Shown: positions 48,770 to 60,616, counted from the stretch's first letter. The stretch is 64,000 nucleotides of DNA from Fistulifera solaris (GCA_030295235.1 AP026124.1:1302001-1366000), one strand, 5' to 3'. Numbers and translations are program-made. The notes: generated from the sequence alone by a model not told the origin.

Positions 48770-50512
48770 ATGGCAGGCCACGCTCGCTTCACGGGACACG
48801 CGCTTCCCTCTCCACCACGTTCACCGTGGCGTTCGCCTCCCCTCGACAGGCCAAGAACGAGCATCTACAGATGCCGCTGAGTAGCTCCTCTCCCTCCAAG
48901 TCATGGGATGAGGGCGATGAGCGTCCTTGCTCGGTGCGCATTTCCCCACGAGCCACAGAACAGTCTTTTGTGGTACCCGTTTGGACGGACGATGATGACG
49001 AACCTCCTCTAACGAAAAAGCCTATCACCACCCCATCGTCACCTGCAACCACAAAAAGTGATACATGGGATTCTGCGCCACAAAGTTCGGAACAGGAAAG
49101 ATCCTTGCTTTCGTTACGACAAGCTTTAGCTGAAGTATCAAAACAGCGTGACAAGGCGATAGCGCAACAAGAACGATTGATGGAGTTAAGGTCTCTCGAT
49201 AAGTTGCGGATTGAATCTCTAGTGAAAGAAAGAGAGGCCTTGTCAATAACAATTCAAGAGCAGAAACAAAAGGGAAATTTTGAGGCTCTTCAAAAGAAAC
49301 TAGAGGAAAAAACACAGGCACTAGAAAGCGCCAAAATGATCATCACATCCTTAGAATCTGCGAGTGGCTCACAGATTGCGGATTTGAGGCAAAAGTCCGT
49401 GATCGGCAAGCTCAAATTTTGAGACTGGAAGCCGAGCTACACGAAAAGCAGAAAACTATCGACACTTTGGCAATCGAATTGCGTGACAATGGCATGGCAA
49501 CAGCTGTACCGAGACACGTCGTAGAACGACTCGAACGAAATCTGGCTCACATTCGTTCGGAAGCGGTTGTTTTGGAAGCAACACAAGATGCGGCATCTGT
49601 AACAATCTTATGTGACTACTTGGCCGACGCAATCCTTGCTTTGAAGGAAGGTGTGGAATGTTTTTCGTCGGCATCTTCATCTCGCAGCAGTGCCGATTCA
49701 TCGAATGAACATGAACTGCAACAGAAGAACTCGATGATTCAGCAATTACAAAATGAGCTGCACCAGCTGAAGGAGGAATTAAAGGACTCCCGCTCACTTA
49801 GTCGAAATGCTGAAAACGAGGAACTACAGTCGTTAAGAAATGAATTGCAGTGTCTTCAAGAGAAACACGCATCGAATGTGGCAATCTTGGCGAAGAAAGA
49901 GCAAGAATTGTCTGTGTGGAGAGATAGTCTGAAAGTTGACGACGATGACGGTGGCGTGGGTTATATATCGGACGATGCTGAAGACGAGGATGACGCACCG
50001 CAGCCTTCGACATCGCAGCTGGTTACGAGCAATGATTTGAGCAGCCCATCTCAAATTCAAGCTCTGGCCGACCTGCTCGCTCATGGAGTCCCTGTGGATA
50101 GTTACAATACCGATTATCAACCTGCCGACGAAATTGAATCAATTAAGTTAAAGTTGCAAGAGCTGACCAGTGAAAAGAAAGGGCACTTGCTGAACTTCGA
50201 ACTGAACGCGAGTCGCTCGCCAATGCCAAAATGATAATTTCTTCGTTAGAAAACGCCAACAAAAGCATGATGCAAGACCTGCGTTCGAGGCTGCAGGATA
50301 GTAACGTAGCCATAGCATCACTTTTGCAAAAATCAATGGGCAGCGAAAACACGACAGCGCAACTCCGTTCAGAGCTCGAGGCAATAAAGCGTGAACGAGA
50401 ACAAGATCGAGAGCGATACCAAAAGGAATTGGACCGCCTCCGAATCGAAAATTGGACCCCTCACTTCCTCGGACGGCAAGATGATCAAATGATTACTGAA
50501 ACGATTGATTAG
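48770..50512 (+). CDS. Hypothetical long coiled-coil protein (frameshifted)
   Basis: Three abutting ORFs with heptad composition and an internally repeated motif (AKMIITSLESA / AKMIISSLENA); start uncertain. Confidence 0.6.
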
Positions 50513-50676
50513 GAACAAGATAGTAGCCCCAAGGTAACACATGTTAAGTATTTTTGTTGAAGAGTTTCAAACGAATAATGCTTTTACTGGAAAGTACGTT
50601 GACAAATATAGCGACCTAATGTGGGCTGATCCTTCGAATTACTTGAATAGCATGTTGTAGAAAGCGTCGGAGATGC

Positions 50677-51888
50677 CTACGCTGAACCTTCAAAACGCAT
50701 CAACAAGCCATTACTGCCGAGTGCCCAGCCAGTATTGCCGTATTCCGGGAAGAATTTGACGTTGTAAAGGTTTCCTGGAATATCGTTGGCACTTTTATCG
50801 AAACTGAACTTCTTGCCGCCATCGTAGCTGACATACATGGTGTTGGAACCTCCGACAGCCCATACCTCATTTGGCGTTCGCCATGCTACATCGGTAATAC
50901 CATATCCTCCCGTCTTGATGTCCGCTTCGACGAAGTCAAAAGAATCCTTGGTCAGATCGGGCTCACCCTCACTAATGAAAAGCTTTCCTCCATTCAAAGT
51001 CATCCAAAGACCTTTCTGAATATCACCTTCGACGAAACCCATGTTTTGAATACGACGGGGTGTACCTCGATTGTGTGGAATCCAGAAATCGTCTTCAGGT
51101 TCCCAGGTCAAGAAGAAGTTACCTCGGCTCGATACCGCCAGGTAGGCTCCTTGGTCGTCTCGAACTTGGTTGATAATGGATCCAGTAAAATAAGAAGCTC
51201 CACTGATACCGCTGCTCGAAATTCGGTTCAAAGTAGCATCAATCGTTTCTTTTACTTGAGCTTTCCAGTTTCGACCGGCGTTGTCCGTTGTGTAGATCGC
51301 ACCCGTGGTGGTAGTCATCTCGGCCTTGGATGGTCCGAGAGCAACAATAGCAGCGGGCTCACCCGGCAACTTGGGAGACAAGGGAATACGTTCCCATGTC
51401 TTGCCGGCATCCTTGGTATGCAACAGTAGAGAGGGGCGTCCTAGAACCCAACCTTCACCGTCCTTGAAAGAAATTTGCTGAAATCGGTACGTGACTTCTT
51501 CCTCCGGATCAAGATTCGCAAACGATCGAGGCTCCCAAGTCTTACCACCGTCGTTGGTCTCCGCGAAAGCACCTCGAGATCCGACCAGATAACCATGATT
51601 CGCATCATCAAAGGCAATGTCGTAAATGGTATCCTCAAAAGGAATATCGACTCGTTTCCATTGCTTACTGGCTACCGCCGCAGCCGATTGTGGAGAGGAA
51701 AAGCCGGTGGCCAGTGCGGTTCCCACTACAGCAGCAGCAGATTGTTGCACAAAGGTTCTTCGATCTTCCAATCCGAAACTATCGTCCGTCATGAAAAGTC
51801 GTTGCTGACTGCGTAGGAGGGCCGGCGAAGGAGCGAATGCTCCGGATGTGGCCACGACACACGACAAGAGCGAAAAACGAAGGAACAT
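50677..51888 (-). CDS. HCF136: Photosystem II assembly factor HCF136/Ycf48
   Basis: Signal peptide plus GAFAP, twin-arginine lumen signal (DRRTFVQQ...AAA), T.DGG.TW repeats, LSPKLPG, VSSRGNFFLTWEP, W.PHNR...RRIQNMG. Confidence 0.97.
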   Translation of the reverse strand: MFLRFSLLSCVVATSGAFAPSPALLRSQQRLFMTDDSFGLEDRRTFVQQSAAAVVGTALATGFSSPQSAAAVASKQWKRVDIPFEDTIYDIAFDDANHGYLVGSRGAFAETNDGGKTWEPRSFANLDPEEEVTYRFQQISFKDGEGWVLGRPSLLLHTKDAGKTWERIPLSPKLPGEPAAIVALGPSKAEMTTTTGAIYTTDNAGRNWKAQVKETIDATLNRISSSGISGASYFTGSIINQVRDDQGAYLAVSSRGNFFLTWEPEDDFWIPHNRGTPRRIQNMGFVEGDIQKGLWMTLNGGKLFISEGEPDLTKDSFDFVEADIKTGGYGITDVAWRTPNEVWAVGGSNTMYVSYDGGKKFSFDKSANDIPGNLYNVKFFPEYGNTGWALGSNGLLMRFEGSA

Positions 51889-52727
51889 GGTAGATGGTCA
51901 AGTAACAGAATATGAGGGCGAATAGACTCTTCTGCTTGATTATGTCAATGATGGCCTTATTTATGTGTTTGTGCCAACACAGCAAGTCAAAGTGTCACAG
52001 TCAGGATTTTGTGCTCTCGTCATAAGAAAAATCCGATCCGCGACAGTCGCTGACGTGCGTGCGTGAGACAGTACAGTTGATGTGAGACAACGAACAACGA
52101 CCCATACGTCTGGACATCGTCAGAGTAACACGTGACTGAAATGATAGCATTCATTCTTACCAGTACCATTTTTGTAACGACTGTCACCTATAATAACGGT
52201 ACGTAATGAGCAAATTGCCCGGTTCCGAGACGATTACAAGGCTGTCGACGCATTGCGAAGCAACATGAGTTCTATATTGAGGTGCTCATCCTCGTTCAAT
52301 TTTGCAGAAGATCTTTTTCATACTTTGGATCCATGTTATTGTTTGTAAAGCAAGAGCAGGGACTTGATGGTGCTTATTAGCTTGCAGCTGTTGACGAGAC
52401 GCGCAATTCGGGAAGCCAGAGTTACAGAGAAGAGAGGATGATTGGGTCGCGTTGCTGCGCTACCCACGGAACAAAATTTCTTTCAAAAGCATGAGCCTAA
52501 ATCCGGATGACGTTTCACAAACCGCGCAGCCTTAAGAATTCAGTGTGCGGTGTGACTCAACCAAAATGCAGTCCCGGCGTAAAATGGCCAATCGACTCAG
52601 CCGCATACAATAAATAAAAACACAAGCCGTTGGTATAGAACTTTATTATTGTTATTATTATCAAATGGTCAGCATTTAGCTTGGGGATCAGTAAAAGAAT
52701 AAAAAAGAAGGAATTCTTGTTAGAACC

Positions 52728-53279
52728 ATGTCTACCGAAGCAGAGCTCAGAGAGCCGCATTTGATGAACCAAATACTGCCAATCCGCATGACTTCACGAG
52801 TCGTTCGAGGATACGGACGAGGATCCAAAGAGCTGGGTATTCCTACGGCCAATTTAGATACAGAACAATTGAAATTGTCCAAAGATGTAACTTTAGAAGA
52901 GTTCCCTACGGGAATTTATTGGGAGTTTCGAGAATTGCCGACCAGTCGGTGTACACCGCGGCGGTCTCGGTCGGTTACAATCCAACGTACGGCAACGACA
53001 CCAAAACCATCGAACCGCACCTCATTGCTCCCGAACACGATCCGCGAAGACACGCGAGTTCTACAGGGGAAACGCTGTTGAAGGATTTTTACGATCAGAC
53101 GTGTCGTTTGTCACTGGTTGGATACATGCGACCGGAATTGCCCTTCGAAGGATTAGACAAATTGATTGGAAGCAATCAAAGGAGATATTGCGAAGGCGGT
53201 TCAACTGGGAAACGAAATCAATGATACTTTGACGACAGAAAAGGAATGGGTGCAATCGGATGAGCCAGCTCGTGGGTAG
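52728..53279 (+). CDS. RFK: Riboflavin kinase (monofunctional, FMN1-type)
   Basis: VVRGYGRGSKELGIPTANL, GIYWG, SVGYNPTY.N..KTIEPHLI, DFY, GYMRPE..F..LD.LI.AI..DI. Frameshifts near 52921 and 53168. Confidence 0.93.
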
Positions 53280-53430
53280 TTGTGCTATCTTCCTATGTTT
53301 TATAATAACGAAATTTTATTCTTTTAGTTTCAAGTCGAATTCAAGTCTCGTCAATCGATTACATGGTCTAATAGTCCGTCGATAATAATGCTACTAAAAT
53401 AAAAAAAATGGGTACCCCTTTTACATCCTT

Positions 53431-54540
53431 CTAAGCGTAGGACATGCGAAGACGCTTCGGTCTCTGATCTGTCAGAGACAAAGGATCAGCTTGACGAACC
53501 ATGTGACTGCTTGGGACCATAGGCTTTGCTACCGGGGCCATAGTGATCCGAGACGTCCATTCTACAATGCGAGCGTCTTCACCTGCTGTTATAAATGATT
53601 GACCACTGAGTGGATGCCAAGCTCGGATGACACCCACATGGCCCGCCGTAAAGAGTTGACGAGCTTGCCAGCGTCCTTCGTTGGTGAGATGAAAAATAGC
53701 CCCATTTCCCATATTCGACCCAACAGCCATTGCCAGTGTATTCGTAGGTGTCTCCCAATGTGCATCAATCAAATAGTCCACTTCTTTTCCCACTTGAAGC
53801 GACAAAAGTTGCCGCAAGTCTCCGTAGTGGTGCATACATGTACCCGACTTGAGATCCCACAGACTCGCCGTTTCCGATCCAGTCAAGGCAAAGGCTCGAC
53901 TCGAATCACCGCAAAAGCCTACTTTATGAAGTCCTGCACCAACATTGCATATCGAAATGGAAGCGGACTCTTCGGTAGGTTGCGTTGTGTCAAAGTAACA
54001 AAGCAGGCCGTCGTCCGCTCCCGAAGCCAACTGTTGGCCATTGAAACAGAGTGAAGTAATGGGCCCACGATGCGAATTGGCATAAGATCCCAGCGTCGAC
54101 TGCTGTCGCCAGTCGGTGAATATTATCTTCCCCGAAGCGGTCCCGGTCGCGACAATCGTATCGGAAAAGCCCACTGCGAGTGACTGCAGCGGCGCGGTTG
54201 CGAGGGGTGTGCGTATGATGGAAGTATCGGATTGCCGCAGATCCCATACAGCAAGACATCCATCGTGCTGTGCCATGAATAATATGTTTCCATCTTCCGA
54301 GTAAGCCATGTCGTGTGTAGTAGCATTTGAATTGTTTGCGCTGCTTTGCATCAACAAATTCATTCGTTCCCGATCGTACACGTGCACTTGACCGTTCGAG
54401 AGTGAACAAGCAAAGCTGGTATCGGAAACTTGCATATTCAAGACCCAATCTCCATCACCGGCAAGAGCATTCGAAGTTTGACGAGGTGTCAGCGACGTTA
54501 CAACCGTCCGGGATGGTCGCAGTAAATTGATAGCGTTCAT
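53431..54540 (-). CDS. WD40-repeat protein (WDR89-like)
   Basis: DG..AVWDLR, Y.NSH...ITSL.F...LASGADDGL...FD, GH.GVIR, FITAGEDARI..W. The likely start is ATG 54540 (MNAINLL). Confidence 0.8.
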   Translation of the reverse strand: MNAINLLRPSRTVVTSLTPRQTSNALAGDGDWVLNMQVSDTSFACSLSNGQVHVYDRERMNLLMQSSANNSNATTHDMAYSEDGNILFMAQHDGCLAVWDLRQSDTSIIRTPLATAPLQSLAVGFSDTIVATGTASGKIIFTDWRQQSTLGSYANSHRGPITSLCFNGQQLASGADDGLLCYFDTTQPTEESASISICNVGAGLHKVGFCGDSSRAFALTGSETASLWDLKSGTCMHHYGDLRQLLSLQVGKEVDYLIDAHWETPTNTLAMAVGSNMGNGAIFHLTNEGRWQARQLFTAGHVGVIRAWHPLSGQSFITAGEDARIVEWTSRITMAPVAKPMVPSSHMVRQADPLSLTDQRPKRLRMSYA

Positions 54541-55276
54541 CCTTGCGGCTTGAGAAAATAGAATTATTGAGTGGCTGTGTCTTATTTTCACAAGGTAAGC
54601 ACGCAGCTTCGCGAACGTCGAATACACTCGGAGTGAGAAAACAAAAAGAGGCGACGACTGAGCGAGCAGAACGGCAAGAATAGCGTCTTTATCGAACGGA
54701 ATGCAATTACAGTGATAACTCACAATGGTAGATTGGAGAATGTTATTTTGAGTGGTCTGTGAGCATCACCATGGCGGATGGCGGGATGTTTTCACTGGGT
54801 GCGCGAGCACGGTCCTTGGTCCTTGCGTCAGTGTTGGATACAGGAATGTACAATAAACAATCGATGCCGACGCCCCTTTCGTTCGCTGTATAAATTTTGG
54901 TGCAAATCCAATTTTCAGTCCCGAATCATCGGAATCCGGAGGAACACTTGCCTACTGCTTTCTACAAAGTACCTGGTATTTGAGAGTGGAAGCCGTAGCT
55001 CGCGAAGCGGCGCGCGCTTGTTTACAAAGTACTGGTTTATTGTTGTTCAGCGAGGTCCTCGTGTCGGAGCGGGGCTGCTTTGGTTCGCGAATATCATCAT
55101 GGTTGATCGTGCCATTGAAGACTGTGCGCGAAATGCGAAAGGTCACAAGCATTCGAAACCGTCTCGTTCTTGGCCTCGTTGTGAATAAATCGTTGCTCTT
55201 GCTGCTGAACAACACTGCTAAACAAAACACTCTTTCGTTTATCATATTATCGCTTATTTCAACAATAAACGGAGGG

Positions 55277-56081
55277 ATGGGTTGCTGCATGTCTTCGACG
55301 GAAGTAAGTCTTGACTGTGAAGATTCGAATGTCATGATGTTTTGCGTTCCTTGTAAACCAAGAGCAATATCATATTCGATACTCATTATTCCTCTTTTCC
55401 TTTTTTTCTTCTTCTTTATAAAGTACGTTGTTGATCCTGTCACGGGAGAAGAAAAGGTAAAGAAGAAATTGGGTGGAGCCTATCCGGGTCAACGACGACC
55501 ACAGCATGCTCCGTATGCGCCTCCGGATGCTGCCTTTGGAGCGGATAACAAAGCGACCGTGCATTTTAAAGCGTATGGAGGAGGAAATGCATTGACGCTG
55601 GTGCAACAGGATGGTACTGCTGCTCCCGAGTCGGGTAAACCGCAAGCTCAATTTATTCAAGGTATGTGAGATATGCGCATATGCTGCTTTTGATTCAATA
55701 GACACTCATTTCATTCGTTGCGTTCAGTGACATTGCCGAGCGGCGTCGAGGCGGGACAAACAATACACGTACAAGCACCGGACGGAAGATTGAATGCCAT
55801 TGTCATTCCCCCCCGGATTTGGGCCTGGTTCAACATTTACGGTCGAATTTGCACCCGAGGACGTTCCTCCACCTCCGAAACCCGAAATCCCCGATTCGGG
55901 CGATGGCTTTGCGGCCGGTTTTCACAATCCCAATTGGCGACCCGACGCGACCGCGACAGCTGTACCTGCCAATGAACCGGAAGTCGTGGTGCATGCCACC
56001 GAACAGGATGCGGATGGGTCCTACCCAACTACGACCTATCAACCCTTGTACACACCTACACCGGCTTATCCTTCTAAATAA
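55277..56081 (+). CDS. Small Pro-rich protein with an MGCC N-terminus and a V..P.G..PG..F.V module
   Basis: Exon 1 MGCCMSSTE with a GTAAGT donor near 55304, acceptor near 55422; second intron ~55662-55727; VTLPSGVEAGQTIHVQAPDGRLNAIVIPPGFGPGSTFTVEF; frameshift at the C run near 55808. Confidence 0.7.
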
Positions 56082-56157
56082 GAATAATCGGTTTTGGATA
56101 GGAGTAACTATTTATAATAAAAATATACATGTATTTCTCATTTCATCTACATTTGGA

Positions 56158-56619
56158 TCAACATTTTGAGGTTGTTGTTGGAGAAGAATCTTCGTCAATT
56201 TCTTGATTCTGTCGTTCCGCTACGATGCGTTGCGACCGCTTCCAATCGTCATCGGACATAAACATGGTTACATCATTCATACGCGGAGTATGTAGACCCA
56301 GCGATCGAGCCAGTGGCCGGCCTATGTGGTCGTCGGTCCACTGCGATGCGCAAGACAGAGCATAGAGACTGCGGTGCCAAAAGCGAATTCGTGCCGGAAT
56401 TTGTGCTTGATCCTCCTTGCTGGAGACGACATCCCAGTAGTAGTGCTCTGGAATGGAAACAATTTTGCGGAAAGTCCACTCGAGCGGATCCATATCTTCT
56501 GCATTCATATCAACGACTTGAGTTTGCTGGAGATATTCGATCATTTCTTCAGTCGACTGGAAGGCAGCAGGCATTGCTGTTGCTGGATTTAAAGCATCTT
56601 GGTTAATTGTGGGTGTCAT
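56158..56619 (-). CDS. Hypothetical protein
   Basis: 153-aa ORF with protein-like composition between convergent and divergent neighbours; no family recognised. Confidence 0.65.
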   Translation of the reverse strand: MTPTINQDALNPATAMPAAFQSTEEMIEYLQQTQVVDMNAEDMDPLEWTFRKIVSIPEHYYWDVVSSKEDQAQIPARIRFWHRSLYALSCASQWTDDHIGRPLARSLGLHTPRMNDVTMFMSDDDWKRSQRIVAERQNQEIDEDSSPTTTSKC

Positions 56620-57010
56620 GGATGATTGTGATGGTGTAATTTTAAAAGGAAATGATTATTTGGTATGTGGTCCACCACAACACAATAAACGAAGACGGGT
56701 TTTATGTTTCTTTCGTGTCACACACTTCTTTCGTGTTATACTCGTCGCAAAAATCCAGAACAATGTCCGGGTTATCCTTTTTTCGAAAGATAATTTCGCT
56801 ACGGGGTCTACGTGAAATTCACGTAACCATTCGCAGCATTTGCTACGCGTTGCAACTTGCAACATTAAAAGCCGCAATGCGTGTGTGTCTCTTTTTCATT
56901 CAAAACCGGTACATGTTACGTAGTAATTCCAACTGAAGAACCTTTACTTTCTTCGTCGTCCATTTGCATCTTTCTTTCTTTCTTTCTGATCTAGTTGAAA
57001 GAAAAGTTGC

Positions 57011-57445
57011 ATGTCATTTTCACCAATGCATCAGCGAAAGGCACGGGGAAGCAATCACAGCAGCAGCGACAGCGACATGTACAAAGGTGGCTACGGCGAC
57101 ATTGAGGGCGGACGAAGAGGCAATCGCAATGGCTTTTCCTCGAGAGACACCAACACGGGAATCCTGGAACAGCAAAACAATGAACGCATCAATGAACTTT
57201 CCGAGCACGTGGCGCGTCTGAAAGGACTCACGATTGACATTGGCGATGAAGTACGACAACAAAACTCATTACTCAACGGCATGAACGATGGGTTTCAAAA
57301 TACGCGAGACTTATTGCAAGGGAGTTTAATGAGAATCGGAACTATGCTTGAATCGGGTGGCGCGAAGCATATGTGCTACTTGGTTGGTTTCAGTGTCTTT
57401 GTAATGGTCTTCCTGTGGTGGCTTATGAAATATCAGTCCTCATAG
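57011..57445 (+). CDS. BET1: BET1-like Qc-SNARE
   Basis: LEQQNNERINEL...VARLKGLTIDIGDEVRQQN.LL..M SNARE motif plus a C-terminal TM helix. Confidence 0.9.
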   Translation: MSFSPMHQRKARGSNHSSSDSDMYKGGYGDIEGGRRGNRNGFSSRDTNTGILEQQNNERINELSEHVARLKGLTIDIGDEVRQQNSLLNGMNDGFQNTRDLLQGSLMRIGTMLESGGAKHMCYLVGFSVFVMVFLWWLMKYQSS

Positions 57446-57480
57446 TTTGAAAAACGGACACGCGCAACACAAAGAAGTAC

Positions 57481-57790
57481 TTAAGATATTCGATTTGCAT
57501 CTCCTTTTCCCATATTTTGTATGATTGTCAACATCCTCGTTTCTTTTTTGGAAAATACCTTATTGTACCAAGGAGCTTCCATTTTAAAAAATTCAACCTC
57601 TTCCGCGTGCTTCCGTAACGTCACATTCCGTATTCCTCCAGACTTCCCGGCCGTTTTTAATTCTCCTTTGGCGATCCGGTCTGCAGAAGCAATGTCGCAA
57701 ACGCTCTCGCATACCGGTGCTGAATATATGTCCTTATCGCACCATTGCTGTTCACCGAAAGTCACTGGATAGAGTTCCCGTAGTCCTCGT
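57481..57790 (-). pseudogene. Decayed partial duplicate of the 3' end of the adjacent SNase-like gene
   Basis: LYPVTFGE / ADRIAKGELKTAGKS / EEVEFFKMEAPWYNKVF aligns with the parent's LFPVDVGE / TDRIAKAEFEAAKKS / EEVEFQMKAPWYKKVF; the similarity is also visible at DNA level (ttgtaccaaggagct at ~57563 and ~57897). Confidence 0.7.
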
Positions 57791-57865
57791 ACTTTGAGAT
57801 GCGCAGAAACGCAAACACAAAGAAAAATTGAAAAAGTCCGCTTTGACCGGAACTTTGTTTCATAG

Positions 57866-58913
57866 TCAACCTCCTCGTACCCAGCGAAAGACCTTCTTGT
57901 ACCAAGGAGCTTTCATTTGAAACTCTACCTCTTCCACAATATCCCGACGGGCTTCTCGTACCCGCGGATCACTCCACATCCCGTAAGACTTTTTTTGCCG
58001 CTTCAAACTCCGCTTTAGCAATCCGATCTGTGTAAGCACTATCTATGCGAAGATCACGAATGATATCTGAAGCATCGCGAATCTTTCCATCCAACGGTAT
58101 CGGGTATAAGCCGTCAGTGCACGGGCTGGCATGTCCTTGTCGTACCATAGATTCACCAACATCCACCGGGAATAGTTGCAGTGTATTCGATCGATAATAC
58201 ATCTTTACAATTGCAACTTGCGGGTCGTCTTCGTGGTATTGTTGTTGATTATGACTTGAACTGTTCTCTAGCAATTCCAACTCTGGCAAATCCAGTTTGC
58301 GTTTCGTCCGATGAGTGTTGTCGTCTCTCGATGACACATTTCTTACTTGACGCGCCATGAGCTGGCAACTTACCGGAGTTCGTTGCCGTATTAACTGATC
58401 CCACCATTGCCCCGTCGCATACTCATTGTGCACTACCGCCGCCAGTTGCACCGTCAATAGTTCGCGGTCGAGTTCATCCCGACGTGCTCCTAACACGGCA
58501 GCTGCCGGATGCATGCGCATGACCCAATCAAACCAAGATTTCGACAGAACACGCTCCATGGGTGAAAGATGTCGTACTTGACAGAGAATGGCGTTGTTGT
58601 TGGGACTGACGGCTCGTTTGACGAGACGACAATGAATCGTCCGTCGCTTGGTAAAATAATGTGCGGGTATTTCCGAGACCGTTCGATAGCGAAAGAACAG
58701 AGGCGTGTGAGCTAATCCGTATACTGCCAAAGCAGTGATGGTTGCCATGGTAGTGTATCGAGCTAAAATGAGATTCTCATTAAGAGAATCGGAAAATTTC
58801 GCGAGGGAATTCCCAAACGAAGATGGCGTATTGCCAATTTCCGTCTGAGGAGCGTTATTCTTTGAAACTGACAAGGCAGATGCTTCTACTGTGTTGTTTT
58901 CTCGTTCGTTCAT
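57866..58913 (-). CDS. Membrane-anchored staphylococcal-nuclease-like (LCL3/C3orf33-like) protein
   Basis: N-terminal TM; RYRTVSEIP..YF..RRTI, VRHL.P, LLTVQLAAV, DVGESMVRQGHA, Y...I.KAE.EA...YGMW. A frameshift in the T run near 57990 gives the C-terminus ...WYKKVFRWVRGG* (TGA at 57866). Confidence 0.7.
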
Positions 58914-59517
58914 GGTTAACGCAACGCATTTGAGATCACAAAGTCGTACTTATTCTCACTGCTTGTTTGTGTGAAAGGTCGAAAGGCGTGCCAAGTTACA
59001 AACAAAAATGGAAATAATCCGAATTAGAGGGAGAAAAGAGAAAAAATCAATCCAGGCGTCAGTCGTCAACCGTCAACCGTCGTTCAGCGTCATCGACTGC
59101 AAGAGATGCAGGTGGCATTCGTCAAACTATCTTTCAGGATGTGGGATCCGACATCTTATCACGTTTTGTAGTATACCGGTAGAGCCGTGAAGAAGGTGAC
59201 GCAACCTTGAAAAGAATAGCGGGTCTGACTTTTGGGTGATCGGTGATCGGTGAGATCGGAGCTGAATGAAAATTTGCGTTCCATGTTCTTTTTTAGATGA
59301 TGAAAAGAGAACTGCAATCAAAAACGAGTCAACGCATCGGAATTCTGAAGGCAAAAAAAGAAAGATATTGAATCTCCTTCTATCGATCTATCTCAGTTAT
59401 CTTTCCTTTGTGGCAAGGAAACATTATCCTGAATGAAAAAGGATTTGTGGCGGCCTCAGAAAACATTACAACAGACGACTCGAATCACCACTTCAAAGCA
59501 AAGCGACATTCTCTTCG

Positions 59518-60264
59518 ATGATTCATGAAAAAATCAATATGAGTCGTCGAGCAAATTCCATCTCCCACAACAGAACACGCACGGCAACGCTGTTCCTTTA
59601 TATATTCCTTCATCTGATGACGGTAACCACAGAAGCATTTCTCGGCGCGAGATGTCCCCGCCAGATTTTATCCACACATTTGAAGTACGGCGACCATCAC
59701 GATCGGTTCGATGACAAAGAACTGCAACAGCGTCTTACACAAATGCGTATAAAACTCCTGGAAGCCGAAATTCGCATGTTACCCAAGCCGAATCTGTCAC
59801 CGAAAGCGTTTGTGATGGAACTCCTGGAAGCTATTGCCAATAACGGAGAGCCGCTGCCCGATGCCGGCTTTCGTTCTTTGATACGGGCGTCCACTCCCTC
59901 CTGGAAACGTCGATTGTATCATTCAGTAGCGGCACCGCCGTCTGCAAATTTGGATCATGTGGCATCAGCCTTGGGTGAAACCATGGCGCGTTCCGATAAT
60001 CAGTTTGCTATTCTGGTGGGAGAGGGAGAAAAATTTAGAATCACTTTTCCGACCGATACGGTCGATTATGGAGACGGAACGAGTTGGGTGGAATGTCGCT
60101 TACGAGGACGGGACAGCGATAAGCTCTTGGTCATGATTGGTTGGCAATTGGTTCAACGAGAAGACGATGGAGCTTGGTTGGTTGACTCGGTTGACTGGCA
60201 AGACTTTCGTGACCAGTTTCGCCCCGGAATTGGAAGAGAAGAATGGATGAGGATTTGCGGCTAG
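59518..60264 (+). CDS. Hypothetical plastid-targeted protein with an NTF2-like (DUF4864-like) C-terminus
   Basis: Signal peptide plus TEAF; P.P.LSP..FV..LLEA...N..P.PDAG and WQL....DGAWLVD.V motifs; true start may be downstream (59539). Confidence 0.6.
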   Translation: MIHEKINMSRRANSISHNRTRTATLFLYIFLHLMTVTTEAFLGARCPRQILSTHLKYGDHHDRFDDKELQQRLTQMRIKLLEAEIRMLPKPNLSPKAFVMELLEAIANNGEPLPDAGFRSLIRASTPSWKRRLYHSVAAPPSANLDHVASALGETMARSDNQFAILVGEGEKFRITFPTDTVDYGDGTSWVECRLRGRDSDKLLVMIGWQLVQREDDGAWLVDSVDWQDFRDQFRPGIGREEWMRICG

Positions 60265-60616
60265 AATGATATCAAAGAAGTTATATCGTTTTGGTCTCGT
60301 GGATTTGTTTTGTTTCTCAATAGAATGTTTATTATCGACTTTCCACGATTCAACAATCTACTGGCTTTTTAATGTTACCAAGCTGTTACTTGTAAAATCC
60401 CTAAATGATCCCCTTTCTCTTTATCTATGTTGCCCCGTTGTCCCCTAGATTCTAAGCTCAAATTTCAAGAGCTCCCAAGTGTCCGTTCATTTCTGAAACT
60501 TAACCCCTTTATACGCATAGCACTCAAATACTCCCCCCATAAACTCGTCATCTCCATTTCTCCCCCAATGCCCTTATCTCTCTTGAGCTGTGAAGTATAT
60601 CCCCCTTTTCTATTTG

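Noticed and set aside
52420..52445. U6 snRNA (ACAGAGAAGA box)
   Set aside because: The flanks do not match the U6 sequence (UUAGCAUGGCCCC...).
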